In this document: positions 37,601 through 46,044 of the stretch, piece by piece
Position numbering within the stretch: position 1 is the stretch's first letter
Layout of the letters: each line of letters begins with the position of its first letter
Assembly: GCA_017504585.1 (NCBI GenBank)
Contig: JAFVQX010000190.1
Coordinates: forward strand, 250 to 64,249
From: Lentisphaeria bacterium
GTDB taxonomy: Bacteria > Verrucomicrobiota > Lentisphaeria > Victivallales > Victivallaceae
Direction: 5' to 3'
DNA: 64,000 bases
The notes under the pieces: model-generated
Database searches by the model: none
Seen by the model: the letters and a program-made list of their open reading frames with translations, nothing else
Told to the model about the DNA's origin: nothing
Position numbers and translations under genes: made by a program

Positions 37601-38552
37601 CCGGGTCAGAGAATTTGCCCGCAAGACCAAGATCCACGGTGTGAACTTTGACTTCGGCATCGTGCCCCATTGCGACAATAATCACCACGGTTGTTACAGC
37701 CGCACGCCGCTTCTGGCATACCGCAACTTCTACCGCAAGCTGGCGATGATCTTAATGGATAACGGGGTGGAAGATTACATTATCCATGTGCATAACACCA
37801 GTTCCGTACAGCTGCCCAGTTATACATTTGTAACTCACTTGCTCAATGGCGAACACATCCGCCAGCAATCCAGTACCCTCATGCACAACGGCAAAGATAT
37901 TCTTGACAGCTACCCGGTGGAGATGTTTGCCTGCGAGTTGAGCAGTCTGCCCTTTGGCATAAACAACGCTGTTTATCAGTCCAATGATAATTTGATGAAG
38001 CAATTCGGCGGCGGCAAGGAAGATGAGGAACTCTACAAATTGCGGATAACCCGGGCATTTTTGAGCGGCACGCTGCTGCACAACACCATAATCTCCCTCA
38101 ACCGCTGTCACCACGGTATCTTTGATAAAATCGTGCGTATCTACGATAAATTCAATGTTCCGGCAGCTGAATTCATCGGCTATTGGAGCGAAAAGGCTCC
38201 CAAAGTGGTGCAAGGTAAAGAGGTGTACGCCAGCGTATACAAACACCCCACGGAAAATAAACTTTTGGCAGTAATTTCCCACATCGGCAATCAGCGGCTG
38301 GATCAGGAAGTAGTGGTCAAATTTGCGCCGGCAGCGCTGGGCATGAAAACTTTCAAAACCGCCAGAGAATTGCTGGAAGCCGACGATCCGGAATATTCCG
38401 AACTTTACAAGTTGCGCAAAGCCAACGATTTGCCTATTGTCAGAATTCAGCTCAAGTGGCAAAACCCCGGCATAAAGCTTTTGGAGTTCAAAAACAACAC
38501 CATAAAACTCAAGCTCCCCGCCCACAGCTTTGCCATAGTGGAACTGCAGTAA
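34674..38552 (+). CDS. Secreted ~1290-aa protein: LamG-like N-domain, CBM9-like domain, large putative glycoside-hydrolase-like C-terminal region
   Basis: It has a signal peptide 'MKLSKLFTALFVFFAAVAMMA' and a LamG-like N-domain. 'FSYDKDNLYVDF...FELHLRH' is CBM9-like. The remainder is unassigned by eye. The start is at ATG 34674. Confidence 0.6.
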   Translation: MKLSKLFTALFVFFAAVAMMAKDATLAIDFSSDKSIKVNNQTVEFTGTLHEIDGEKLMAYGDKPCQIPVKGLVGKQGTMVLEFAFDKPMRKTKSVVRTLAVLRANGREEVGFYSFVNNPIVQFRFANGRKNFYGGTKKLPGRKLHKAAFSWDGDKIRCYFDGKLIKEAKQDFPIADGKLEILNIGPLKDRWYRVPAWDNDTFIKSLRLYDRVLSNEEVAKLAGVKNKLIHQRYPRVMAVPQRNSEFSGGISYMLLHRLRNSEKSWELPKNDAAFSYDKDNLYVDFTTIFPAKTSVLKGHSAADPESGVWGFESFELHLRHSGKQYYFGGTAAGGKADSLKNVPNYNPKWDYSSHISMQIDDTFLWQGKVAIPWKAIGLSKVPQELKMNFCRSFFNTAVTAATDLAAQPGKSYWADDEYFFTLKFPKNAPSLKVISRGNPSFGNIEQEFEFVSPVDRTVKFFIIQESNSGLLTPQALAALTIKLKANEPVRQKVQTPLTMLHADRLVYKLTSADEKTVFFSQDVPLKISAQYFTVTPLYYAGKIELAVKTAILKSKYGNSAKLLITLKDPSGKVIYKNSKLADLVSIPFAVQSVPGSYLLEITDGKGEVISGQTLYYPGIGEWSKLDFDMTRIIPPYTPMTYAENGTFTAQVVNRDYRWNKDDFLPQTITSRGENLIKSASILVNGQAISGTFQKKSALPHRAEFSVKGGNADCRINSDGWLEFDGVQHNVVEVTALKNIRSLELQFVLPARFAKYLHTSANGWSNKITAKIPNGKFEYKFYPVNFIGNEEKGLCFFAESSRSWNGSAKPFIITKNDQDAVFTVVIAKNLQAGEMLTFDYGLLASPVKPQHPRYPLNTASWQWNVTMNRPGKTPTSWCGYLPGVGGTLADAFADVPGVDNDTLVRKVQENVEIFKKNNVKPFIYNPFYTSDEYPEVQAFGNEWECVPRQVWTGKRKNKTHTLFLLCPASRGADFFLYRVREFARKTKIHGVNFDFGIVPHCDNNHHGCYSRTPLLAYRNFYRKLAMILMDNGVEDYIIHVHNTSSVQLPSYTFVTHLLNGEHIRQQSSTLMHNGKDILDSYPVEMFACELSSLPFGINNAVYQSNDNLMKQFGGGKEDEELYKLRITRAFLSGTLLHNTIISLNRCHHGIFDKIVRIYDKFNVPAAEFIGYWSEKAPKVVQGKEVYASVYKHPTENKLLAVISHIGNQRLDQEVVVKFAPAALGMKTFKTARELLEADDPEYSELYKLRKANDLPIVRIQLKWQNPGIKLLEFKNNTIKLKLPAHSFAIVELQ

Positions 38553-38573
38553 CAGAAAATCGCTCCGCATTAT

Positions 38574-38603
38574 CAGGCGGCAGAATGTCAGTTCTGCCGT
38601 CTG
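38574..38603 (+). terminator. Hairpin terminator after the LamG operon
   Basis: CAGGCGGCAGAA-tgtcag-TTCTGCCGTCTG pairs at 11/12 positions. The following T-tract is weak. Confidence 0.5.
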
Positions 38604-38643
38604 ACTGAAAATTTAAATCTTGCACTTTTCTGCTCTTTGGGAC

Positions 38644-38672
38644 TTGACAGGAAGATATAAAGCGTTTATATT
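38644..38672 (+). promoter_or_regulatory. Sigma70-type promoter
   Basis: The element is TTGACA, a 17-nt spacer and TATATT, immediately followed by a LacI-type operator. Confidence 0.6.
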
Positions 38673-38675
38673 ATT

Positions 38676-38695
38676 TTGTTGAAACGATTAAACAA
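38676..38695. promoter_or_regulatory. LacI-family operator-like imperfect palindrome
   Basis: TTGTTGAAACGATTAAACAA is self-complementary at 16/20 positions. It shares the core TGAAACG.TT with the sites at 40071, 41106 and 41135. Confidence 0.6.
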
Positions 38696-38748
38696 AATGG
38701 TTTTTGCAATCGTTGGAGTGAAAAAAAGATCAAAAAAGGAGCAAGATT

Positions 38749-39981
38749 ATGAAAATTGCCAGCGTGCGAGCGATCATTCCCAGTGAAGTCGGAGATCTTA
38801 TTTCCGGATACGGCCCCAATTTCGGAACTGTTGCCAAGCATGATGAATTGGAAGTAAACGGCTTTTGTCTGGATGACGGCAAAAGCCGGGCTCTTTTTTT
38901 GAGTTTTGATATTCTGGGACTTGACCGGGATGTGGTTCTGGAACTCCGCAGCAGTTGCGCCCAAATTCTGAATTGTCCTGAAAGTGCGGTATTGTTGAGC
39001 TGTACTCACACTCACGGTGGGCCTGCCTATCGCAGTAACGCCGCCCAGGAGCGCAATCATGAACGCACCCGGCAGTTGATCGGGGCAACGGTCGAAGCGG
39101 TGAAAAATATCCGGGCGCAGGACTTTGCGGAAGTTGATGTTTTCAGCTATTCCAACATCTGTTGTGCCAATACCAACCGCCGTTATCTTACGCCCGATAA
39201 TAAATGTTACTTTGTGCCGCATCACATTCAGCTGGAACCGTTGGCAAATGGTGTTTGCGACCCGGAAGTGGGGGTCTTGTTTTTCCGGCCCAAAAATTCG
39301 GATTATGCAGTGGAAGTCTTTGTCAATTACGCGGCTCACCCGCTGGCATCGCATGCCCCGGGGCTGGCGGGGCACTCCATTACCGCAGATTTTCCGGCAG
39401 AGGTACGCAAGTATATACAAAATGCCATCGGCGGACATTGTTCCTATTTTTCCGGAGCCGCCGGCGACCAGTTCCCGGTGGATTCCCAGGTGGGCGAACT
39501 GGGGGTGGAAACTATTGCCAAACCACTTTCGGCCGCGGTGATCAAGGCTTGTATAGATATTCGTGCCAATCTTGAGCGTTACAAGGTGCAAGATCCGGAA
39601 TTACGCTCAAAACTGGTGCCGGTGGAAGGCAAGATCCGCCCCAACGCCGCCAATCGCGTGTGGTGCCGTAATGGCGATAAATACACTATGGAATTGCAGC
39701 TGATTTCCATTGGCAGCGATGTTTGTATGATCGGCGTACCCGGCGAACTTTTGGGCGAAGTTGGCCTGGAAATGAAATGGCACTCGCCGTTCAGACATAC
39801 TTGGATAGCCTATAATTCAACAGATTATGTAAGTTATCTTTGTCATGCCAATGCCATATTTTCCGGCGGTTACGAAGCCAGAATGCAGCAGTTTGAACCC
39901 CGCATCGGGTTGAAACTGGTCAACAGCGCGGTGGATGCGATGTTTGAAATATGTCCGGAAATAAAAACTCCGGAATGGTGA
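38749..39981 (+). CDS. Neutral/alkaline ceramidase-like hydrolase (N-terminal-domain family), cytoplasmic
   Basis: The pattern 'GYG...KHDELEVNGFCLDDG...LFLSFDILGLD...LLSCTHTHGGP' resembles the neutral ceramidase family. There is no signal peptide. Confidence 0.5.
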   Translation: MKIASVRAIIPSEVGDLISGYGPNFGTVAKHDELEVNGFCLDDGKSRALFLSFDILGLDRDVVLELRSSCAQILNCPESAVLLSCTHTHGGPAYRSNAAQERNHERTRQLIGATVEAVKNIRAQDFAEVDVFSYSNICCANTNRRYLTPDNKCYFVPHHIQLEPLANGVCDPEVGVLFFRPKNSDYAVEVFVNYAAHPLASHAPGLAGHSITADFPAEVRKYIQNAIGGHCSYFSGAAGDQFPVDSQVGELGVETIAKPLSAAVIKACIDIRANLERYKVQDPELRSKLVPVEGKIRPNAANRVWCRNGDKYTMELQLISIGSDVCMIGVPGELLGEVGLEMKWHSPFRHTWIAYNSTDYVSYLCHANAIFSGGYEARMQQFEPRIGLKLVNSAVDAMFEICPEIKTPEW

Positions 39982-40027
39982 AAACACGGCCGGCACAAGA
40001 AAAATCGTTTTTTTTTCTGATTAAGCC

Positions 40028-40056
40028 TTGACAAAACAGTTTTTTTGTATTATACT
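40028..40056 (+). promoter_or_regulatory. Sigma70-type promoter of the lacI-family gene
   Basis: The element is TTGACA, a 17-nt spacer and TATACT. Confidence 0.55.
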
Positions 40057-40070
40057 GTAAAAGCGGGGCT

Positions 40071-40085
40071 TTGAAACGATTAAAT
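40071..40085. promoter_or_regulatory. LacI-family operator-like site (autoregulation)
   Basis: TTGAAACGATTAAAT lies just downstream of the -10 element. The TGAAACGATTAAA core is identical to the site at 38676-38695. Confidence 0.55.
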
Positions 40086-40115
40086 ATATGGTGATTTTCA
40101 GTCGAGGTTTTTATT

Positions 40116-41081
40116 ATGGTAACCCTTAAAGATGTGGCACGGGAGCTGGGACTTTCCACCGGCACTGTGTCGATGGCACTGAACAATTCACCGCGGATCA
40201 GTGCGGAAACGACTAAACAGGTGCATGCTGCTGTCCGGGCATTGGGGTATACACCCAATAACTTCGGTCGGGGGTTGCGTTCCGGCAAAAGCCGTCTGGT
40301 TGGTTATTTCTCCAATCATCTGGATGCTTCGTTTCTTACCGAGATCTTTCTGGGGGCGGGCGAAAAGCTTGCTGAACGCGAATATGGTATACTTTCCTGC
40401 TGGCCGGCAAAGCGTTCGGCAGGCAATATATCGCACAATTTGGATATGATGCTTTCCAAAAATGTCGATGGTATAATTTTTGTCGGCGGCGACTGGTTGT
40501 CGCTGGGCGGTGAGGCGTTTCAAATGCTGGAAGATCGCAACATACCATTTGTTTTTTGCAGCCGCCATTGTCAGGAATATAATGTACCTTTTATTGTGAC
40601 CGACGACCTGCTGGGCGGCGAAATGGCTGCCAACTGTCTGCTGGAGCACGGTCACCGGGTCATATTGTGCGAATACAACGACTCCATCGAACGGCGGCTA
40701 CGGGGAAATCTGAACGCGATCAACCGTTACAGCGATGCCAAAAGTGTAATGTTTTATCAGGCAGAAGAAGTTCCGGAACTGATAAAAAAGCATCATGCCA
40801 CGGCTGTGCTGACTTTTTCTGACCGGCACGCTTTTGATGTGATGCATGTTTTGCGGCAGGCCGGATACCGTATTCCGGAAGATATATCAATTATCGGCTA
40901 TGATGATATAGAATATGCCGCCCGCCCGGAATTTGACCTGACCACCATACGGCAGCAGCGCAAGAAACTTGGTGAACTGGTAGCAGAATACATCTTGGAT
41001 CGCCTGGATGGCAAAGAGCCGGAAAAAGCACAGCTTCTGCCACCGGAGCTGATAATGCGCGGGTCGGTAAAGGTGATGTAA
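40116..41081 (+). CDS. LacI-family transcriptional regulator
   Basis: The HTH is 'VTLKDVARELGLSTGTVSMALNNSPRISAETTKQVHAAVRALGYTPN', followed by a periplasmic-binding-protein-like sugar-binding fold. Confidence 0.9.
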   Translation: MVTLKDVARELGLSTGTVSMALNNSPRISAETTKQVHAAVRALGYTPNNFGRGLRSGKSRLVGYFSNHLDASFLTEIFLGAGEKLAEREYGILSCWPAKRSAGNISHNLDMMLSKNVDGIIFVGGDWLSLGGEAFQMLEDRNIPFVFCSRHCQEYNVPFIVTDDLLGGEMAANCLLEHGHRVILCEYNDSIERRLRGNLNAINRYSDAKSVMFYQAEEVPELIKKHHATAVLTFSDRHAFDVMHVLRQAGYRIPEDISIIGYDDIEYAARPEFDLTTIRQQRKKLGELVAEYILDRLDGKEPEKAQLLPPELIMRGSVKVM

Positions 41082-41105
41082 TAATGATTTTTTTTATGTT
41101 GTTTA

Positions 41106-41119
41106 TTGAAACGTTTCAA
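41106..41119. promoter_or_regulatory. LacI-family operator, perfect 14-bp palindrome
   Basis: TTGAAACGTTTCAA is a perfect palindrome. Confidence 0.7.
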
Positions 41120-41134
41120 TAGTTCAATTATTTG

Positions 41135-41147
41135 TTGAACCGTTCAA
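41135..41147. promoter_or_regulatory. LacI-family operator, perfect 13-bp palindrome
   Basis: TTGAAC-C-GTTCAA lies 16 bp after the first operator and upstream of the pseudopilin-led operon. Confidence 0.65.
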
Positions 41148-41207
41148 TAAAAATGATATTTTTTGTAGTATAACTGATAAAAAATCAACAAGCAACAGGA
41201 GGAAGAA

Positions 41208-42047
41208 ATGAACATCAGAAAGAGTTTCACTCTGATCGAGCTATTGGTGGTTATTGCCATCATAGCTATTCTGGCAGCGATGCTGCTGCCGGCTTTGAGT
41301 GCAGCCCGCAGCCGCGCCAAAACCGCCAACTGTGCCAACAACCTCAAGCAGATCGGGCTGGCACAAACTATGTACTCTGCAGATTTCGGAGACTGGATCA
41401 TCACAGCATTTCCCAAGCCGTGGAACAGCGATCAGGCATGGTTCTGTATTTTAAGCGGCAAAACATTTTACGGCACCAAACTCAATGACGGTTACGGTTT
41501 GGATATGACCGGTTCCCAGGCCGCTCCCAGCAAAGTGGACAACTTTCAATGCCCCGGCGAAGCTGTGCCCTACAAACTTAAAACTTCCGGTCATGTGACA
41601 ACGGAGTTTTCTTTTACTCATTACATAACAAACTGTGCGGTTACCGGCAGTTTTTTGGGAGGATCCAGTGACCGTAACTCTGCAAGCCTCGGAGCCAATT
41701 GTACCCAAAGTTACCGTCATTTGAACGGTGTGAGCGATCCCTCGCTGGCGATGTTTGCCGGCGACAGTTATCGTTATAACGCTCTTACCGGTGCACGCCC
41801 GTGTCATTTTGCATTCCGTCACGGTGCCGGAGAAAGCCGTAAATTCGGTGAAAATTACACCAACAACGATGGTATTTCCAAGGGAAGTACCGGTAACTTT
41901 ACCTTTATTGACGGCCACGTGGAAGAGCTGACGCTTGACGAACTTATGAGTCACAAAGATGAAATGGGCCGCTCCGGGCATGACGGAACGGCCAGCGACT
42001 GTCTGCGTTCGGGCATCTGGATAGATAAAGTAACGGCATATCCGTGA
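41208..42047 (+). CDS. Prepilin-type N-terminal domain protein, degenerate H-X9-DG tail (K-X9-DGH)
   Basis: The N-terminus is '[33 protein letters not shown]' and the C-terminus is '[16 protein letters not shown]'. Confidence 0.8.
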   Translation: MNIRKSFTLIELLVVIAIIAILAAMLLPALSAARSRAKTANCANNLKQIGLAQTMYSADFGDWIITAFPKPWNSDQAWFCILSGKTFYGTKLNDGYGLDMTGSQAAPSKVDNFQCPGEAVPYKLKTSGHVTTEFSFTHYITNCAVTGSFLGGSSDRNSASLGANCTQSYRHLNGVSDPSLAMFAGDSYRYNALTGARPCHFAFRHGAGESRKFGENYTNNDGISKGSTGNFTFIDGHVEELTLDELMSHKDEMGRSGHDGTASDCLRSGIWIDKVTAYP

Positions 42048-42080
42048 TAACAAGTTATAAACTTTTAAGGATAAAAAAGT

Positions 42081-45008
42081 ATGAAAAAATTCAATCTCAA
42101 AAGTTGCCTGACTGCCGCAGTATGTTTTACCGCTGCGGTACTTACAGGTTCCAACATCATCCCCAATGGGGATCTGAGCTATAAAATCAACAATGTACCG
42201 GCATTCTGGAGTCTGGGCAAAAAAAATGCAGTTTACAGCGCAACTGCCTGCGAGGGGAAACCGGCATTGGTGCTGACCGACGGCGGTATGGCACGGCAGT
42301 TTGCATCGTTTCGGATCGTGCCCAAAGCCAAATACCGTTTGAGTGCCAAAGTGCGTTTGAGTCAGGGCAATGCCAACGGCAGTGCTGATATTATGGTGGT
42401 CAATCAGAACTGGAAGAGTTCCAGCGGTTTGATGAAAATCAAACCCACTGATAAGTGGCAAACCATCAGCCGGGAGTTTTACGGCTTTACTTCTTCGGAT
42501 AAAACTTACGGTGTAGTGGTTCGAGCCAGAGCCATCCAGGGCAAATTTGAAGTTGCCGACATCAAATTGGAAGCTTTGACCGCCGAAGGCAAAGCCAACA
42601 GCCGTTCGCTGTTTTCCACCCCCGGCAGCCGTGAAAGCCTCAATACCAATGGTGCTTTGGATGCCGACCAAAGCGAGTTTCCTGCTTACTGGGCAACTGA
42701 TGGCGGCGCTGAATTCCTCCGCGGCGGCGGGCCCAACGGCAAAAATGCTTTGCGTTTTGATACAGTAAAAGTCAAAAAAGCCGCTGTCCGTCAGGATCGG
42801 GCAATGATCCTCAATGCCGGAAAACGCTACCGGGTCAGCATGATGGTCAAAGCGGTCAACTTCAAAGCCCGGCGGATGAGCTACACGATCTTTGCCGACA
42901 GCTGGGCAAAAGAAGCCGGTGTGGTCAGAGTGCCGCAAAATTGTGATTGGACTCTGGTGGAAGCGATCGTTTTTGCACCCAAGTGCAAAGCCAATTACGG
43001 CAGCGGTCTGGCAATGCGTGCTGATGCCAGGAGTTCCGGCTATATCGACATAGCTGATTTGCGGATCGAACCGCTGGACGAAGCTGCCGCCAATGGTGCA
43101 TATTCGCTGCTGCGCGGGCTGGAAAAAAACCGTCTGGTGGTTTTGAGCAAACTTGCAGAAATTCCGGTCAATGCTCCGGGTATTTCCGCTCTGTGGTTTG
43201 GCAAACTTGCTGAAAATGCCAAATTGGAATACCGCATAGATAACAAAAACTGGCAGCAGCTTGCACCAGCTGAGTCCGGCAGATACAATATAAAACTTAC
43301 CGGGATCAAACTTGGCAAACACACCTTTGAGTTCCGCTGCGGCGAATTCAAGCGCAAATGGGATTTTACAGTTGTTCCGCCGGTGCCCAAGGTAAAAAGC
43401 AAGCGGCTGAACAATCTGGTGCGTGAACTGGAGCCGCTGCAGCTGAAAGATGGCGAAAGCAGAGAATTTATCAATCCGCGTACCGGATGGGTCTATTTTA
43501 TTTTACCCAACGCCGATGCCACGCTGGAAGTTGCCACTCAAAAACCGGTCCGCAGCGCCGGTCACGCATATCTTACCCGTGGAAAACACAAGATAACACT
43601 CAAAGGAGCTTCCGGCAAAGTCATTATCCGTCTGATCCCGGAAATCTACACCTATCAGCTTGCCGGCGGTCCTTATTTGAAGGTTGCCCCAAAGAATGAT
43701 TACAAGCTTATCAAGAAATATCTGCTGCCTTACATCAACAGTTACGCCCAGCCCGGTAAAGGCAACCTGACCGCCAAAGAATGGGAAATCATCTATTCGA
43801 CCAATCTGCAGCGGCAGCACGGCAACCATATAGCCAAATACCCCACCAGCCAGGCGATGATCGACGGGGTAAACAACAACGAAGGCTTGAATGATCCGGC
43901 TTTTGTGGGTATAACCTTTGACGAATTTCCCGCCGGTGATGTAACTTTGATGGCGCGTTACAACGAAGCACACGATTTTATCAAACGCCCGGAAGGACAT
44001 CGTTTCTTTTACTGCCTGTACGGCAAGCTTGCTGCCGGTGGTATATCAGCAGAGTTTATTTCCAACGCTATCAATTCCGGGCATGGCGACAGCATCATAA
44101 AGTACGAATCCTACTGCCAGCCGGTGCCGACCGAAGAAGCTGCCAGATCTTATATCAGAAACATCATTGTTGAAACCGCCAAATCGCTGGAACGCACCTT
44201 TCCCGGAGCGGTGAAAAATCTCTGTATGTATATGATCAACAGCAATGTGCCGTCAACATTGACCGCGGCGTATCTTACCAATGTGGATTTGAAATACTAT
44301 CTGGATATGCAGTTCAATCTGATCGCCAACGATCCGGCGCTGGAAGGTTTGGCAATGGCGGGCAACTGGGGCAGTAATTACTCTGACAACGAGATGGTGC
44401 GTTGGACAGGCCGGCTTTTCCGGCACTATCTGATCGAAGGCAACACCGAGCCGCTGGCTCCCAGATACGGCTTTACCTACAATGTTAATTTTGTAAAAAA
44501 TGCCGACTTTGAAAAAGGACTCACCGGTTGGCAGGTGGAGGGTACAGTAAAAACCGGTCATACTCCCCTTTATGGCCGAACTATGGAAAAACGCTGGGCG
44601 GCGCCCAATGGGATCGGCGACTACTACGCAATTCTTGAACGCGGCAGCAAGCCCAATGTGATGTCGCAGAAAATGCAAGGGATCAAAAGTGGCAAATATT
44701 ATAAAATACAGTATATTACCAGCGATGCAGAAGATGTGATGCTTACCGGCAAAGGCAAACCCGGCGACCTTTCCATCGATTGCGAAATCGACGGCGCAGA
44801 GTTTGTGCCCAAAGAAACCATGAAATACCGTGCTCATGGCCCGTTCCGCAAGATCGATAAAAACATGTTCAAAGTCAATCTTGATTGCCGGGTGTTCAAG
44901 GCTGTCAAGGATGATCCGGTGATCCGTTTTACCGATAAATCAGTCAAACCCGGGCGTAAAACCGCTCTTAACTACATATATATAACCCCATTTTTTGAGG
45001 AAGAATAA
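42081..45008 (+). CDS. Secreted 975-aa protein with repeated CBM4_9-like carbohydrate-binding modules and a central unassigned (putative hydrolase) region
   Basis: It has a signal peptide. Modules begin 'NIIPNGDLS...FW', 'NTNGALDADQSEFPAYW' and 'VKNADFEKGLTGWQVEG', each with 'KYRLS/RYRVS/YYKIQ' strands typical of CenC-like CBMs. Confidence 0.55.
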   Translation: MKKFNLKSCLTAAVCFTAAVLTGSNIIPNGDLSYKINNVPAFWSLGKKNAVYSATACEGKPALVLTDGGMARQFASFRIVPKAKYRLSAKVRLSQGNANGSADIMVVNQNWKSSSGLMKIKPTDKWQTISREFYGFTSSDKTYGVVVRARAIQGKFEVADIKLEALTAEGKANSRSLFSTPGSRESLNTNGALDADQSEFPAYWATDGGAEFLRGGGPNGKNALRFDTVKVKKAAVRQDRAMILNAGKRYRVSMMVKAVNFKARRMSYTIFADSWAKEAGVVRVPQNCDWTLVEAIVFAPKCKANYGSGLAMRADARSSGYIDIADLRIEPLDEAAANGAYSLLRGLEKNRLVVLSKLAEIPVNAPGISALWFGKLAENAKLEYRIDNKNWQQLAPAESGRYNIKLTGIKLGKHTFEFRCGEFKRKWDFTVVPPVPKVKSKRLNNLVRELEPLQLKDGESREFINPRTGWVYFILPNADATLEVATQKPVRSAGHAYLTRGKHKITLKGASGKVIIRLIPEIYTYQLAGGPYLKVAPKNDYKLIKKYLLPYINSYAQPGKGNLTAKEWEIIYSTNLQRQHGNHIAKYPTSQAMIDGVNNNEGLNDPAFVGITFDEFPAGDVTLMARYNEAHDFIKRPEGHRFFYCLYGKLAAGGISAEFISNAINSGHGDSIIKYESYCQPVPTEEAARSYIRNIIVETAKSLERTFPGAVKNLCMYMINSNVPSTLTAAYLTNVDLKYYLDMQFNLIANDPALEGLAMAGNWGSNYSDNEMVRWTGRLFRHYLIEGNTEPLAPRYGFTYNVNFVKNADFEKGLTGWQVEGTVKTGHTPLYGRTMEKRWAAPNGIGDYYAILERGSKPNVMSQKMQGIKSGKYYKIQYITSDAEDVMLTGKGKPGDLSIDCEIDGAEFVPKETMKYRAHGPFRKIDKNMFKVNLDCRVFKAVKDDPVIRFTDKSVKPGRKTALNYIYITPFFEEE

Positions 45009-45011
45009 AAG

Positions 45012-45956
45012 ATGAAAAGAATTCAAATCAGAGCCACTTTTCTGGACGAAGTCAGTACAGATATCCCCCATCATAACTGGGGGTATGAGGAGTGGGATCA
45101 GGATTTTCAGGCAATGAAAGCTATCGGGATCGATACGGTGGTAATGATCCGCTGCGGTCTGGAAAAGTTCCTTGCCTATCCCTCGGAGCTGTTGATCAAA
45201 GAACGCGGTGCCTACCGCCCCCCGGTGGACTGGGTGGAAATGTTTTTGGAGCTGGCTGGCAAATATGGTATGCGGTTTTTTTTCGGTACCTATGTTGGGC
45301 AGCGTTGGTGGGGCGATAAGCGTATCGACTTTGCCACCGAGTGCGCTTTGGATAAACGCATCGTTGCCGAAGCCTGGGAGCGTTACGGTAATTATCCGGC
45401 ATTTCAAGGCTGGTATTTGAGCAAAGAAATTGCCACCTATCATGCCGAAATCGTAGATGAATTTGTGGAGCTTGGGCAATACTGCAAAAAGATCTCCGGT
45501 AATCTGCCGATACTTATATCGCCCGGAATGCTGGGCCGCAAAGCCTGGTACAATAACGAACCAGAAGCTCACGATCTTGACTTTGAAAAGCATTTGCGCG
45601 ACTGGGATATGATCATGGGCAAGATCTCCGGCACGGTGGATATTGTGGCATTTCAGGATGGTCATCTTATTTATGAAGAATTGCCGCAAGCTTTGCAAAT
45701 CAATAAAGCTCTGGCGGATAAGCACGGCATTGAATGCTGGACAAATTCGGAAAGTTTCGACCGGGATATGCCCTTCCGTTTCCCGCCGATCAAGTGGGAA
45801 AAGCTGCTGCTGAAATTGCGTGCAGCTCAAAGCGTGGGCGTGGAACGGGCGATCACATTCGAGTTTTCGCACTTTATGAGCCCCAATTCCATGTGGCAGT
45901 CGGCACATGGATTATATAAGCGTTATCAGGAATACCTTGCCGGCAAGTTTGACTGA
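45012..45956 (+). CDS. DUF4434-family protein (TIM-barrel glycosidase-like)
   Basis: 'IRATFLDEVSTDIPHHNWGYEEWDQDFQAMKAIGIDTVVMIR' matches my recollection of the DUF4434 N-terminus. It starts 4 nt after the upstream stop. Confidence 0.65.
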   Translation: MKRIQIRATFLDEVSTDIPHHNWGYEEWDQDFQAMKAIGIDTVVMIRCGLEKFLAYPSELLIKERGAYRPPVDWVEMFLELAGKYGMRFFFGTYVGQRWWGDKRIDFATECALDKRIVAEAWERYGNYPAFQGWYLSKEIATYHAEIVDEFVELGQYCKKISGNLPILISPGMLGRKAWYNNEPEAHDLDFEKHLRDWDMIMGKISGTVDIVAFQDGHLIYEELPQALQINKALADKHGIECWTNSESFDRDMPFRFPPIKWEKLLLKLRAAQSVGVERAITFEFSHFMSPNSMWQSAHGLYKRYQEYLAGKFD

Positions 45957-45982
45957 TAACGCTTGCAGTAATATTTTCCGGA

Positions 45983-46027
45983 GCTGTTGCAAACCGAAAT
46001 TCACTTCAGTTTGCAACAGCGTTTTTC
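45983..46027 (+). terminator. Rho-independent terminator
   Basis: A perfect 12-bp stem GCTGTTGCAAAC/GTTTGCAACAGC is followed by GTTTTTCT. Confidence 0.8.
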
Positions 46028-46044
46028 TGTTCTTTGTGGCGGTT

